In this document: positions 11,801 to 25,959 of the stretch, one piece after another
Layout: each line of letters starts with the position of its first letter
Position numbering within the stretch: position 1 is the first letter of the stretch
From: Trichosphaerium sp. ATCC 40318
Lineage: Eukaryota > Protista > Tubulinea
Direction of reading: 5' to 3'
DNA length: 64,000 bases
NCBI GenBank assembly: GCA_038496445.1
Contig: JALMLS010000211.1
Location: 1-64,000, forward strand
Program-made: the position numbers and the translations under genes
Notes under the pieces: model-generated
What the model was told of the DNA's origin: nothing
Seen by the model: the letters and a program-made list of their open reading frames with translations, nothing else
Database searches by the model: none

Positions 11801-14800
11801 GTTGCTTTAGCATCCTCCAAGTTAACGCTGTCTCTATTGTTGTATAAGCAATAATTGAATAAATACTATGGTATTGATAACATACACAAGTGGTGGGATA
11901 CTAATCCGTAAGGAGTGAGGGTTAGAACGGTCTAACTCTCCTCGTCTTCTTGGTGTTGAAGAATTTTTTCTTTTACCCTTCTTTGAGCTATCCTTGGACT
12001 CAGAGGATCCAGCAGCATTACCAAGAGATGATACATATCCAAATAAAGTGCTCACAGTATAAACAGGGTTTTGCCTTGCCAAATTGATGCATACACGCTT
12101 TGCAAGCGGCAAAAAGTCGAAGTTTCGCTAAACAAAAGTAAGAAAAAAATTACAAAGTGCTGTTGAGATGCCTCATCTGTACCTTCTTCATGCCCATTGT
12201 AAGTAAGTACGATAAGATTGGATCTATGTTATCATGTTTTTCTGCTAATGTACGCCATAGTTGCTCAATCTTTTCAGGGAATTTTGAACAGTACTGTTGA
12301 GTAATATAAAGTAGAGTCTATTTCGTGTAAGAAAAAAAAAAGAAAACACAACTGAAGAAGGTTCTCTTTTTTTTCAAAATCATTCGTTACCTTCATAACA
12401 AAATCAAGAGATTCCTCAGACATATTGGCACATGATATATTAGCAAGCCAAGGAACAGCATAACGAAGCATTTGACGTTGTCTGACAAAACTTTCAGCTA
12501 TATCAAGCCATCGAGCAATTTCTCCAAGAACTTCTAAAGTAAGCTTCGCATGGCTCTTTGCAAGGTGCTCTGAAAGTCTAACCTATAAGAAGTGTTATTA
12601 AAGGTTCCTAATATTAAATATAGGTTGGGAAATAGTGACACATACTTGCGCACGCTCATAGGTCTGTTCGATAGCACTTTCAATTGCGATATCTTTTTTT
12701 ATTCTCCATTCTTCGTCTAGACCTGTCTGTGACTTAAATAGCAATAGAAGCTCATATGCGCTATTGCGAACTTTAAATCGTCTATCACCCATCTAGATAT
12801 ATTGTTATAAAAAGCAAGTCACTCCATTCAAACACCGAAGAAACATGAAAAAAGCAAGAACAACGCAAGTCAAAAACATTCCACAAATAGCTTATAGTTA
12901 TTTCTGTTCAGTGCGTACCATGAAAATGATCAAGTGAAGTAACATAGCGTTAGTACACGGTAACACTCTCTGATTATTATTATCTCTATTTGTAAATGGG
13001 AATAGCTCAACCATGGCAGTAAAGTAAGCACCACCTAAAGAAAAAAATAAGAAAAAAAAGAAGTAATAATAAAAAGACACGTGGAATTCGCATCTATTGT
13101 TCCTTTATGCGTACCAATATTATTCTGGGAGTGTAAATACATTTGATGGAAGCAGACACCAATAAACTTAGTACTCTGAATATTTGTCTCAAGGAAAGAC
13201 TCCAGCATAGTCTTGGCAACTTGTACAAACTAAAGAATAAAAAAATCAAAAAAAATCAAAAATCCAAGAAAACATCATTAAGAAGGAACCAGCTCGTTCT
13301 TAGCTTCAATTCCTCTAAATATGTTCTTAATACTTACCTTTTCATTTGTACGTTTAAGCATTCTTCCAAACCACTTCAGAATTTCAGAGTTTTCATTAAC
13401 TTCTTCAAAATGCTCCCCTTTAAGAACAGCCGTTATAGCCTAACATTATTAACATTTAGTCAATGTTTAATTAACACGATTCAAATGACGTACATCACAA
13501 GCAACTATTTGTAGGTACAACAGTTGGTCCCGGAACATTTTACTAAACTGTTGAACTCTGGATGACGTTAGTTTGTGATAAAGTAATGTAACAACAAAAA
13601 GAAACTACAAAAAAAAATAACAAAAATGAATAAGAAACCGCACTGATTTGCTCCTGGGCTGCTATGTAAATGATTCATAATACGTTCCTATAAAGATAAG
13701 TGTGTATAAGAATAATCTTATAAGTATGTATGTATATACATACCATAGTACGCCCAGAATTCTCTTCATCAGCCCATTTTCGAAGTAAGGAAAAGAGTTC
13801 CTGCTTCAATGCCTTTTGAATAGAAAACAATGTTAGGTTTGATATCTCGTATAATTCTTCTGAAAATAAATATATGAGTATGAAGTACCTTGCCCAGAGG
13901 TTTGTTATTTTTAGCTAATCGACTTGCTAACGATCTAACAAGATGACAAAACGTGAATCTCATTAAAAGAACTTGTGAAGAAATATCATCATTTCTTATC
14001 GTTAAAAACCTCGCCATCTCCTACTCACAAATGTCAAATCATACATCTCCTACTCATTGATATACGCACAGATGCAAACTCAATAATAGTGATTTGAATG
14101 GTAGAATCTTTAGAAAGGATCTGAGAATCAATGTGTTCAGTAATGTAGCTGTAAATCATTTGAATATCACTTCTTAGACGGAATCTATTGTGGATCTTTC
14201 CACGACGAAGCCTGCCGGCTGTATACACACCCTGGAACTTCTTAAGAAGAGGTTGGATACTCTTAAATAGTTGAGGGTATGCACTTGAAGCAGTACGCTG
14301 AAGAGCCTAGAATTCAATGAATATTCGTCAAGGAATCAAAAAAAAAACTTACAGTAACAGCTGCATCTCTGAACTCTTGGCGAGAGCTACTTAAATATGG
14401 AATGATAATAGAAAATAATTGCTTGGATGACAGAGAATCTTTATTCAAGCTAGGAAAACGTCAACATTCATGAAGCAGTCTCGAATGAAAAAAAAAATAA
14501 CAAAACCTACCTTTGGCTACTTCTACGCTCCGACAATGGTTGAGGTTCAGATTCGGTGTCAATTGTTGGTACACAAGTACATGCGAATACAATATAATTA
14601 CTCAACCATGTTAACATAGACAACTAGGGTATGTATAAGTAAGTTAAAAGAACAACAAAACAAAAAAAAAAAGAAGTAAACTTCAACCACGTGAAAAATC
14701 CACTAACCTGTTCCGTTGTCAACGCTACACCACTCTTTATATCAATAAGGGTTGCTTTCACCCTATGTAACCGAGAACAAATCTATAACGTGTAAGAACA

Positions 14801-17800
14801 AAGAGATACAACGCTTATATCTATAGATAACTTACAATACCCCAAGCATGCCATCGTGCACCATTACAGAGCTCTCTCATATAATACAACAAGTCTCCAA
14901 GTACTAACGTCCAGAATTTTTGTGGTCTAACTCTTGCAGCATGTCTAATATCATATTCTGCTTCTTGATCGTAATGAAGCATTGCTTCCTTTTTACTCCG
15001 TTGTTTTGCACCTGAGAGCTTCTCAGAGGGTCCTTGGCTAAGCTTCTTTATAATATCAGGCCCAGATTGGTCAAAAATGTCCATGACACGAGTGTCAGGG
15101 AGCAAGTCCTCATCTATTTTAGATGTTAAAAAAATGTAAAAGAAATAATAGTAAAATGTACCCAAAGAGGATTCGCTGTTGTAGAAGAAATAATAGACAT
15201 GACGAACTTCATACAATACATCAAGTGCCCACACACGAATATTAGGTTCTGAACTGCATAAGAATGCAATAGCCATACCCTATTTATAGTGTTAATACAA
15301 TGTTGACGATACGATTTAAAAAAAAAATCAAATAAAAATATGTACCTCAATGGACTCAATAGAAAGCTGTAGTGACTCTCTAACTTTCTTACTCGAATTT
15401 GTGTTTGATTCTTTCTCTAGAATAGATGCCCAAGTCTAGTTACAACCGAAGGGTTAGTGACACATATGAACGAAAAGGGAAAAAAAAGCTTCATACAGCC
15501 AACAGTTTTACAAGCTTGAACAACAGCTGTTCTAACACAAGCGTTTGAGAATGTGGTATAGTTAGAATGAATTCTGCCAAATACTTAATGAGATAAGCGC
15601 GGAAATCAGGTCGCTTTTGCATCAACCTATCAAGAGCAGCACTCGCTTCTCTGGCAATCGCTTAACGAAAATTTAGCATGAAGGTAAACCAAACACCTTC
15701 AATGATTACTTACTTGGATCCAAGTGAATAATCAGTCTAGCAAGGGCCTGAGAAAGACCTGCTTGAGGTAAACTACCACCAACAGGAAGAATCTTTGGTA
15801 CACAACGTAGTATTGTGCTTATACAATGTAAAAATAAATTATCTCTCTCACCACGCAAAAGCTCTAAATAAATTACACCAATTAGTTTAACATCTTGTAC
15901 TGTATATAATATACCGTTCAAGGGCTTCGCATGCTGAGATCGTGTGTAGTTGCCATAAGCCTTATCTAGACTTGAGAAGAGAACAAAAAGGGCTACATTA
16001 ATCTTTTCCAAATAAGGCTAAAAATAGATGTTCAGTACAAAGTGGCTCTAGCTTTCCCTGAAACATACCTGTAACGTTTTTTCGTGAGTTACCACTGTAG
16101 TAACAATATAACTCTTTTTTAGACGTTCTGCATATTTTTCACTACATAGAAGTGCTGCCACTAATCGTACACCAACAACTAATGGTCTTGAAAGTTAAGG
16201 AAGAAGTCATTTCAAAAAAAAAAAAAAAGAAAAAATAGTGTATTCGTTTCGAAAGTCATCAATAAGGATACTCAGGCTGGTCCAAAAATTCTGTGTGATT
16301 TATCAAAAGACCACGATCAGATAGCTGTAATGATGTTAGTAATATGTACGATAGTGAAGGAGGGAAGTAATAAATTGACGTACACCAATACCAGGTTTGT
16401 TTTGCAAAAGAATTACTTCAATAGCATAATGTAAATTATGTTGAGAAATGACAAACAACGTATCAACAAACACGTCTAATGAATCACCCTATTTTAAGAA
16501 AAACAAATGTTAAACTCTTCATCTAATAACCTTACAACACAATCTTCATTTATAGTACCTCATTGATATAGCTTGGTTTAAATAAAGGTACCAAGTAATC
16601 AAATATATGAGAAGCAACAAACTCTATTACTTTTGCAGGTGTTTCAACACCACTTCTCTCAACTTTTACTTCTTTTGTTGATATAAGGTATGTATCAAGT
16701 AAGAATAATATAGATTCTAATAAAGGAGGTCTACATACAATAATATTTAGATACAAGCAAAAGAAATAAAAAGAAAACAAACATTTCTGCGTACCTGTTC
16801 TTAACATCTTTCAAACCAGCTAACACCAAACGTTGCATTAATTGCCATCCAATAGCAAGAAAATCAGTTTGCGGACCACCACATAGAGACCCAGTAAGCA
16901 TTGGCCACCACATCTAAAGGTTTTAGTTTTACAAAACTCTTTTTTTTTTTCGCAACTTACTGCTATTTCCTTCTTTTTCTTTGTCTTAATATACTTGACA
17001 TTTTCAGTGAAGTACTTGTTCATCTGCGTTGTCCATTTTTCAAGTAAGTTATTATCAACATCTGTAAATCTATGCGTTCTTATACGGTTTAACGGCCGCA
17101 CTAACTTTACGTATATCTAAAGAATAACATGAATAAACGAAAAAAAAATGAGATTAATTATGGATGTACATCTGAAAATTGTTGTTTCGTCTCTTTCTTC
17201 ACTTCTTGACGATTCATGTAGTCATATATACGTTGCAAGAAACGAAAAGGTGATAAGCTTTCAGAATGAAAACCTTGCGCAGTCCCAAATAGGTGTGTCT
17301 GAGATAAGAGTCAAAATAGAGTCAAATACATACTTGTAATTGATAAAATTAATAAAATTATAACGCACGTCCAAACGCAAGTATTGTACACATTGAATCA
17401 TAGCACCTGCTCGTTTATCCTTTGGTTTGAATTTTTGAGCAAATATTTCAACAATCTCAACCCACCTAGGAGGCCTCCATCAATGACAAATCGAAAAAAA
17501 AAAGAAAAAAGTGTAATCAGCAGGTTACCTATACGGAGACAACTTGCCAATAATTCTAGCATAGTTATCTAGAACTCTCTTACGTATTTCATCTAATAAA
17601 AGTTCTTCATCTCCTTTTCTCGATAGCAGAACCTGAGAAGATCGATTGTGATTAAAAAAAATGCAACAGAATAAAAATTTCAAATAAAAGACAAAAAGGG
17701 CAATGTTCAAGTCTTTAACAGTTCTCTATTTACCTCAAACCTATCCATACAATCCTTTTCAAAGTTACTTGGTAGTAATTTAGCGTTTAAACCAGTTAAA

Positions 17801-18616
17801 CGCTCCATAGTGGCTAACATTGATCTCCCATAAATCAATTCAACGACCAACTAATACAGTAAGAACAGTTGTCATTTACACAACGTTAGGTCATCATTTG
17901 GGCGTTTTTTTTTTTTTGTAGTGTGAAACGGAGAATGTGGTTTTTTTTCGTAATTGTACCTTGTTTCTTTCCTCTTGTAGGTATTTACCTTTAATACTAC
18001 GTCGTATGGGGTTAATTATAATCAAATTTAAGATTTTTAAATTCAACAACTGTACTTTTTTTTAAATAGATCCACTTGGTGATCGCGCCAGTCAATGTAA
18101 CAAGATACAACGACGTTTAAAAATTGTTGGCCCTTTTTGTACGGTTTAATTAGATGATCATTTGATTATATTGTTCGTACTAGGTGCGCAATAGCTTCAA
18201 TAAGCCGTGTAAACTCTGCATCAAAAATAATAGCTTCAATATTTACAGTTTCCTCCTACTTGTAATCAGATGGTGCGCACACGCTAAAAACGCACCAAAG
18301 GCTTGTTTTTGACACTATTGGTAATTTTGGAGTTTGTCTTCGCTATAAACTCGGCAAATAGCGCATTGATAATATAGTCGCCCTCAGAGCCTTTCCAGTC
18401 GAGCGTTGGTATATTTGAGCCAAGTAACACTACCAAGTCCGCGTAAGTTTTACCTTTGCGAATACTCTTCTTTCGAGGGTTTTGGCGCTTCGCCTTCTTG
18501 CCACGGGTAGTAGAATTATCATCTTTATTGCCGTTGGATTTTCTGTCAGAATCAATGTCTATCTTTACGGCGCGGCTAGATCGATGATTCTTGCTTCGTT
18601 TTCCGTGTTGAGACAT
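8512..18616 (-). CDS. FRY: Furry/Tao3/Mor2 family cell-morphogenesis scaffold (NDR-kinase pathway), many exons
   Basis: N-terminus GDYIINALFAEFIAKTNSKI resembles the Furry N-terminal motif. Internal exons include LFLHCISTILRCVPKILP, AFLCS...IRVWALDVLYEVR, MLRYAVPWLANI and PQLFWATVALLHIDYEQLY (MOR2-PAG1 C-terminal-like). About 10 kb of consecutive GT-AG-bounded exons ending in a K/E/D/H-rich exon. Confidence 0.88.
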
Positions 18617-18798
18617 TATTTACTTGACGAGCATTCAATTCTAGCTTGTAGTTGACGGAACAGCTTTTAAACAGCAGCAACGCCTGAAGAACTAATAAAC
18701 TGTTGCAGCAGAGTACTGTAGGCGCTTTAATCACAAAATACCTGCTTTGACCTCGCATTTTAGCCACAAAAGGATAAAACGTGTAGTTTTTAAACGAA
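18617..18798. promoter_or_regulatory. Probable bidirectional promoter (182 bp) between furry and the GPR107/108-like gene
   Basis: Divergent ATGs at 18616(-) and 18799(+). Confidence 0.6.
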
Positions 18799-21748
18799 AT
18801 GTCACTCTTGGCTAAGCCAATAACTATAGTGGCTATTCTCCTTTTTATTATTGGGGTTAATGCTCTTATACACGAAGATATAAGATTTGTAAAGGACGAT
18901 AGAGCCTCAATTTTCATCGAGAAGTTCGGTCTTATCATTGGAGGTCATTATAGTGTCAGGGCAACAAATATAACAGTACGCAACGCCGAAATTCACCAAA
19001 CCCCAAATTTTTTGCCTACGTTGCACTGAAGAATATTGTTTCTTACCTTACATAAGGTATACGACTCTAATGGAAAAATAATACCAAGCAAAGATTGGAA
19101 TAAGCCAGATAGTCCTCCAAACTATGGTCTACTATTTAAACTATCAAGAGACGACGGAATGCCAACACGAGAGGTTGGTCCTGGCTTGGAATGTCCTCTT
19201 AGCGAAAAGTCAACCTCTGTTATAAAGAGCGAGAGAGCTATGCCATTTCTCACGTAAGTTTTTATCAATTTGAAGCAAATGTGAAATCAAACGTTTGAAA
19301 ATGTCCCTCAAATTCCTTCAATCGCTCAACGACGGTTCAAAAACTACTTGTCAACAATTTTTAAACTGCTATTTGGATCTTTTGTGGACAAATCAGTTTT
19401 GTTGACTCTTTCTCGTAGGGAAACGCTAAGTGTTCAGAACAATATCAAAAAAGCCAATGAGGAAGGCGTTTATCAACTATTCTTTATTAATTGCGCAAAA
19501 AGCACAGAACATACCAAAGTTTCCTTCAAAGTACGACTATTATACTCATATCGTATACTAATAATATTTAGCTACACGCTGAGTTCTACCACGTCATGGT
19601 ACGTTGAGCTCTTGGTTCACAATCTCGTCTTTTAGTAATTATTGCTTTTTTTTGTTTTATGTTTAACCTTTGGTTTAAACCTCGTCTGCACGGGCTATAG
19701 TCGTTTATTAATACTGCATGGAGCAACACCATTTATGTGTATACATATATGATCCACAGCAGCCATTTACAAGAGCGAAATTTTTGGTTTTTTAATTTTT
19801 TGTTAAAATGTGTTTTTTTAGGCTGGTGGCGATATAAATCATTTACAAGCTGGAGAGTTTCCTCTACCAACAATATACCTTGCTATTTTTCTTATTAGCA
19901 CATGTCTTATTATAATGTGGACTCTTAGCTACTTGGTGCCTCTACTAAAAGGAAAACAGTACGTGCATTGTCATTGTAAATAACAAACACAGCAAAAAAA
20001 AAAGAATCTGAAATGTAATGACACGTGCCAAATCAATTTTTGTTTTTTTTGGATTTTAACTGTTTCTTTCTATAGGGGATATGCTACACAACAAAACAGT
20101 AATGTTAAGCGATTACAAGTGCTGTTGACTGTGTTATTTGTATTCAAAGCATTGACATTACTATGCAGAGCCGTACGTTTTCTCTTCAAAGTTATTTTCA
20201 ACATTGTCCCTCATGTCACTGATTTAATTTTGTCACTTTGCTTCGGCAAATGATATTTGCATACTCTTTTTTACTCTATTCAATGTACACCAAGTATTAC
20301 AGTATCACAAGAGACCCTTTTTGAGTAAAATATTTTGCTTCAAAAAACAACTTTTCCAAAGAGTCTTTTTTTTTTTTCCCAGCCTCAGTCGCTTGACCTC
20401 GGGACTATCCACGTTTAATTTCTAACCGAGTCTAATAGATTGAATACCATTATATCAAAACAACCGGAGAGCCAAAAGGATGGAATATACCTTTCTATGT
20501 CTTTACATTGTGCGTTTGTAAAAAATATTTGAAGGTATTTTGTTTGCTAACTTTTCTTCTACAGTGTCAAGGGAACTATGTTGTTTACAGTCTTCTTACT
20601 AATCGGAACCGGTTGGGCTTTTATTAAACAATACTTGAGCAGCAGAGATAAAAAATTGATCATCGTCGTAAGTACACAACGCTCACGTTAAGTGAGGCAC
20701 TCGGCTATTGTAATTTCCCGAACTTTTCGGGATTACTTATTTGCCCGCTCTAGGTTGTTCCGCTTCAAGTTTTGGCTAATATAGCCTTTGTTATTATGGA
20801 TGAGACTTCCCCAAGCACACGAGGATGGTTAGGATGGGTACGAAAAGAATCGAGGATCACACTTCTTTATTTGGTTCTTGTTCCGTGGGTTACACATTTT
20901 CTGAAAGCCTTTTTCGTCATTTGACGTTTTTTTTTTTTGTGCAAAAGTTTTTTCCCCTTTTCTCTCCTTTGTATCTTAGACGTCTTATTTCTTTCTTTTT
21001 TTTAGCGTCAATTGTTTCAATTAGTGGATTTGATATGTAGCGCTGCTATAATAATACCAATATTCTGGTCTATTAAACACTTAAAGGCTGCTCAATCTAC
21101 AGATGGAAAAGGTAAGTACATGACGTTAAAATTTTTATTTTCCGACATCAAACGAAATGGCGTCAATGACGTGCTTTTGTCGAAAAATAAAATATCTCCT
21201 TTTATTTCCGTTTGCCCTAACTTTTATGACGTTCTAACTACCTTTGTTATGTAGCTGCTAGAATTATAAACAAGATGAGACTGTTCAGACAATATTACCT
21301 GACTGTCGTTGTGTACATCTATTTTACACGTTTTATTATAATCCTTCTTGATTACACTCTACCTTTCACTGTACTATGGCTTTCTCCTCTATTCAGCGAG
21401 CTTGCTACACTTATATTCTTTTGTATCACAGGGTACGTATACGTCTATCATCACGTACCATCTCGTGCAAACGAAAATTCATCAAACTTGTCACGTTATT
21501 TGCGTAGTATTTAACGTTTTTCTTGGATACCTTTCCCTATTTTATTTCTCACTTCAAGTCCATTCTACTCTTGAATTTCTTTCTTATTTTTAGATCTTCC
21601 TAACCTTTCTTTTTCGTTTAGATGGAATTTCAGACCTACAGAGGATAATAACTACTTCTCTGTACTCCCTGTAGATGATAGTGGTGAAATACAAATGGAT
21701 ACTATAAACAGAGGAGATGATGACGATGTTGTAACCCTAGAGGATTAA
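18799..21748 (+). CDS. GPR107: GPR107/GPR108 (lung seven-transmembrane, LUSTR) family protein
   Basis: Signal peptide then ALIHEDIRFVKDDRASIFIEKFG; GVYQLFFINC; LLIGTGWAFIKQYLSSRDKKLI; VVPLQVLANIAF; LVDLICSAAIIIPIFWSIKHL..DGKAA...MRLFRQYYLTVVVYIYFTRF; FRPTEDNNYF; stop at 21748. Confidence 0.92.
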
Positions 21749-22138
21749 CGTCAAAGTTAACAAACAACCAACCAATAAAAAGAAAGATAAAACGAATGTA
21801 AAAAAAAAAAGACAAAAAAAAAAAAGCATTAACAAATAAATGAAAACAAAGCAAATGGATGAAATCAATTCAAGACATTGGTGGTTGTAGTTAACTTAAT
21901 TTTTTTTTTTTTTAGTGTACAAGAGATTTTACAGTTTTCACTTTTTTGGTCCTAGAAGAGAAACCCAAAAAGTGGTTTACAAGGTGGTTATTCGACGCCT
22001 GGTCTCATCCCCGTGAGATCCACGAGGAATGGAAAAAAGTGACAAGGCGTTTTCTTTGTTTAAATGCTCGGAGATGGCGACGCATTTGGTGATGTTTGTT
22101 GTGGTGTTGATTGGCGTTTTTTTTTTTTCAATCAATCT

Positions 22139-23275
22139 TCAATCTTCATCCTCGTCGTTTTCTTCAGCGCCCTTCTTTGTGAGTTTCCGGCGTTTCCTCA
22201 TACGTTCATTTTCTAACCTTGCTTCTGCCAACTAAAATGATTTTGTTTAGAATAACCACTTTCATAAGAACAAACGAAACGTTTAAAGTTTTTCCACCGC
22301 GGAAATTAATGATCCTTTCGGATAAGTCGGGAAAAAAAAAGCGGAATTTTTCACTCTGTAAAAATCTTACCTGAACACGAAGTTTGTTTGCCTCTAAAAC
22401 GACTTTATCTCTCTCCTCCTGTACAAGAGCTAACTGTGCATCCAGTTTATGGTTTCTTTTATTTAATTGCTGCACTTGTTCTTCCAAGCCTTCAATATAA
22501 ACCTTAAAACATGGTTAAAATAGATCATATGGTTAACAGTGATATGTGTAATAGCGTGATAGCACGAATGTTATCGCCCATTTCGATTTAATTCAGTTTT
22601 TTCAAAAAAACAAAAAAACAAAAAAAAAAAAAAACAACAAAATTCCAACGTGGTAAGGTTGGAAAAAAAAATAGTGATGACGTGTATTCTGGTACACAAA
22701 ACAAACAAAAACTGCGTTGCTATGGTTTAGCATGCTTACCTTTTTACGTTTTCGTGATTGTGCCGCAGACTGTCTATTCTTCATGCGTCTAAACACGTGG
22801 ATTTAATAATTAATTGCGGGGAGAACATAAGCGGGGGAGAAATTGTCTTTTTTGCTTTTTAATGAGGTTGTACCTCAATTCAAGTTTCATTTCTCTTGCG
22901 ACTGGTTTAGGTGCTTGCTGCTGGGCATTTGGATTACTGATAGAAGGAGCATGGGCGTTCCTTGCTTCTCGAGGTGTAGTAAACAGTTGGTGAATTGATG
23001 GCAATTGTTCTCCTGGGTAAGAAGGTGGTGGGCGCACGGGCGCCGTTGTTGTGGTATAAAATTGGTGTGTTTGGTTCGCGAAAGGTTGTACTGGAACAAA
23101 CTCGTAGCTTTGAGACTATACAAGCCATGAGATAACGTTTAAAGTATATTACTAACACACTTACCATTTGCTTTGTTGGTGAACGTCGTAGTATCATTCT
23201 AGGCACTGGTTTTACAGGTAGCATACACATATAGCTTTTTGGTATCTTTTCGTCATTTGACGTTGTTAGCATCAT
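22139..23275 (-). CDS. bZIP transcription factor
   Basis: Basic region RRMKNRQSAAQSRKRKK/VYIEGLEEQVQQL, then heptad leucines (LNKRNHKLDAQLALVQEERDKV..L) and a P/Q-rich N-terminus. Start codon is approximate. Confidence 0.85.
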
Positions 23276-25959
23276 TTTTCTCCGTGAATAAAAACCACAA
23301 GCCAATTTTTTTTATCAATTTTATTTTTTTGTCGTATGTGATCACATTTTTGGCATTACACAAACGTATATATACTTTTGTAGCTTGTACGCCTGTAAGG
23401 AATATATTCGTCATACATAAAAGGTAAACAAATGTTAATTTAAGCTGTATTTGAACGAGGAAAAGTCCTATTATTATTCGCCCTCCTTTTATTCTGGATA
23501 CGTAATATCCAAACGAAAAACCTTCATTTCAGCTACGTCTTAACGCGAATACTGCGATTTAAGTTTTTTTTTGTGCGTGCCAACGAATGTGTCGTGTCAG
23601 TACTGAAAAGCACTTAGAACCTTCGTTTTATCCACTTCAAGCTTTTACATATAACTAGCTGTACGCGTGAGGCACTACCAACCTGAGAAAACATGGCGTC
23701 TCTTCTCGACTCGTATAAATCTTATAGAACTACCTCAAATTACCTCTAAACCCCTAATTACGTGCTTTTTAACGTTCCGCGGGTGAATTTCTAAATCAGT
23801 ACAGTAATCTGCCGTCAGGTTTTTCCTGATGTGCGTTTTCAGCAATCGTATGGTATCCAGTCACAAGTTCTACATGTATTTGTGAGTTAACAACACATAT
23901 TGTAATTCTTAGTGTTCCAGAAAACTCTGTTTATCAAAAAAAACATTTAGGATTTTGGACGCGCAAAGGCGTTTGATGCCGACATTTTTTTACTTCGGGA
24001 TTGTACGAAGACAAGCGTTTTCACACGTGTTGGCGTGTGCTTCGTCATATTGTTACACAAGAACGTACCTTTCGGCGCTATAGGGAAAGTTCAGGCTAAA
24101 ACTACTTTCATGTTCTGTATTGGTCATGATGTATCTTACAGTGAGCCAAATAGTGTGACGTGACAAGTTTGAATAGGAGAAAATGTTTGGTCACCGAAAA
24201 ATTGTTCTCGATTGGATCGTCATACCTCCTCATCTCTTATTCTCACAGACACCTTCTTTAGCCATCACGGGTAGAGTTACGCGTATCTGATACTATCAGT
24301 GGCGATCTATAGTAACGAAGTATCCAGTCTCAACAGTACCTGTTCCCTTTTGGCTGGTCCATACGTACTACTAATACTAATACTAATACCCACAGTGTTT
24401 TAATAATCCGAGAATATGGATTTTTTTTTTAACTCTAAACTGGGCTGGCTACGTCCCACTACGCTCAACCTATACTAAGCGTCAGTGGTATGATGCTACA
24501 GAACATAAAAAAGCTGCAAAGAGTAACGGTACTACCTAATAGTTTCAATGGTGACGTACTTGTTCATATTGACAGTCGAAGTGTTTTTTTCAATTAAATA
24601 GTAGAATATAGTGCCAGTCTTGAGAAGTTGTACCAAACCAGCAACTGAATATTGGCGTAATAATAAAGAACATCTCCGAAAGTCAGATAAACAGCGATAG
24701 TTCCCGTTTGATTCGTATCTATTCATGATTGAGAGTCCGTACTTTTTCAAAAAAAAATCAAAAAGGATATTCTGTTTTTTTTTTTGTTTCGATAATTCTC
24801 GTGTAGGATTGCACAGTGGTACGTTCACATCATGTTTTTTTACTTCAAGCAGGTTAATCAGATCACATTAACATAAACTCCTCGGTGTTTTTCAATGGAG
24901 TACTGTTCGAGTTCCAGAAAACTGGTACGAGTTTCTTTTCTGTCTTGTCAAGAAAACAACTCTCCTATGATTTAATGTCATCTGCATCACTAAGCCTCTT
25001 CTAGCTTTATAAACAACTACGTGCTACGGGATGTTTTTAAATATGTAGTTTAACCATGTTCTCAACGGAATGGTAAAATATTCCTCTTTCTTGGGTATAA
25101 TCTAGAGCGGTTTGGCCATTCTCCTGTTTCTAGTTGTTTAGATGTGACTCATTGTTTCATGCACTACAATGATAACTTGTTTTAGATAAGTGCGGTGATG
25201 GTTTAGTCTGAAGCAACTTTGCGGGAAGGACAAACAACGACTCAAGAGGTGCTAAGGTTATTAAACCTCATAATTTTTTCAGAGTTCTTACAATATGCCC
25301 TGACAGTTGCACGTGCAAATGAATCTTCAAAGAAACAGCGAAACAGACGGATTACGTTTCCTTGTAGGAATCTTCTTCTAATGTACGTACATTTCCAAGT
25401 AAATATGTGATAAAGCTCTTAGAATTTTATAACTATCGTTCTATCATAAAAATGTCCCAGATTGATTGTTTGTCATTACATAAAATAATTTCACGTAAAT
25501 TAGAAGGTACGCTACTTTTTTGCTTGCGTCCACGATACAATACCTTGTTACTGTAACAGAATGTGATAAGAGGCGCCATCTCTTGAATTACTCATTATAT
25601 CGTATTAACAGTAGTACCTTCTAAGTTAAGGCAAGGCAGGCACTGTATTCTACCAACGTACTCGGAAAACTCAGTGTTTTTTATACACATGTAGAAATCA
25701 GATCTAGCTTCAACAGATGTTATCAACAAGCAGCAATCTGGTCCACCGCTTGTATGCAATTCGCAAGCTTGCAGCTGCGAAAGTTGAGCACTCCATGTGA
25801 TATGGTGGTATGAAACTACAGTGGATTGCGAAAGAAAAAGCAGGCGGTTCTTCCCACAATAAATAGTACCAAGTAGAGATGTTTCTCCGACTGATGCTTT
25901 AAACTGTCAACTTCAATCAAACTGTCGCTAGTCAGTCATTTTCTTCAATTATCGTAATA

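Noticed and set aside
20231-20256. C(UUCG)G hairpin TTTGCTTCGGCAAA in a GPR107 intron, resembling the U6 snRNA 5' stem-loop
   Set aside because: No downstream ACAGAGA box or U6 core, and no convincing C/D or H/ACA boxes.
23300-25950. 2.6-kb region with short ORFs (24532..24828, 25219..25410)
   Set aside because: No recognisable motifs or consistent exon chain; treated as intergenic between divergent genes.
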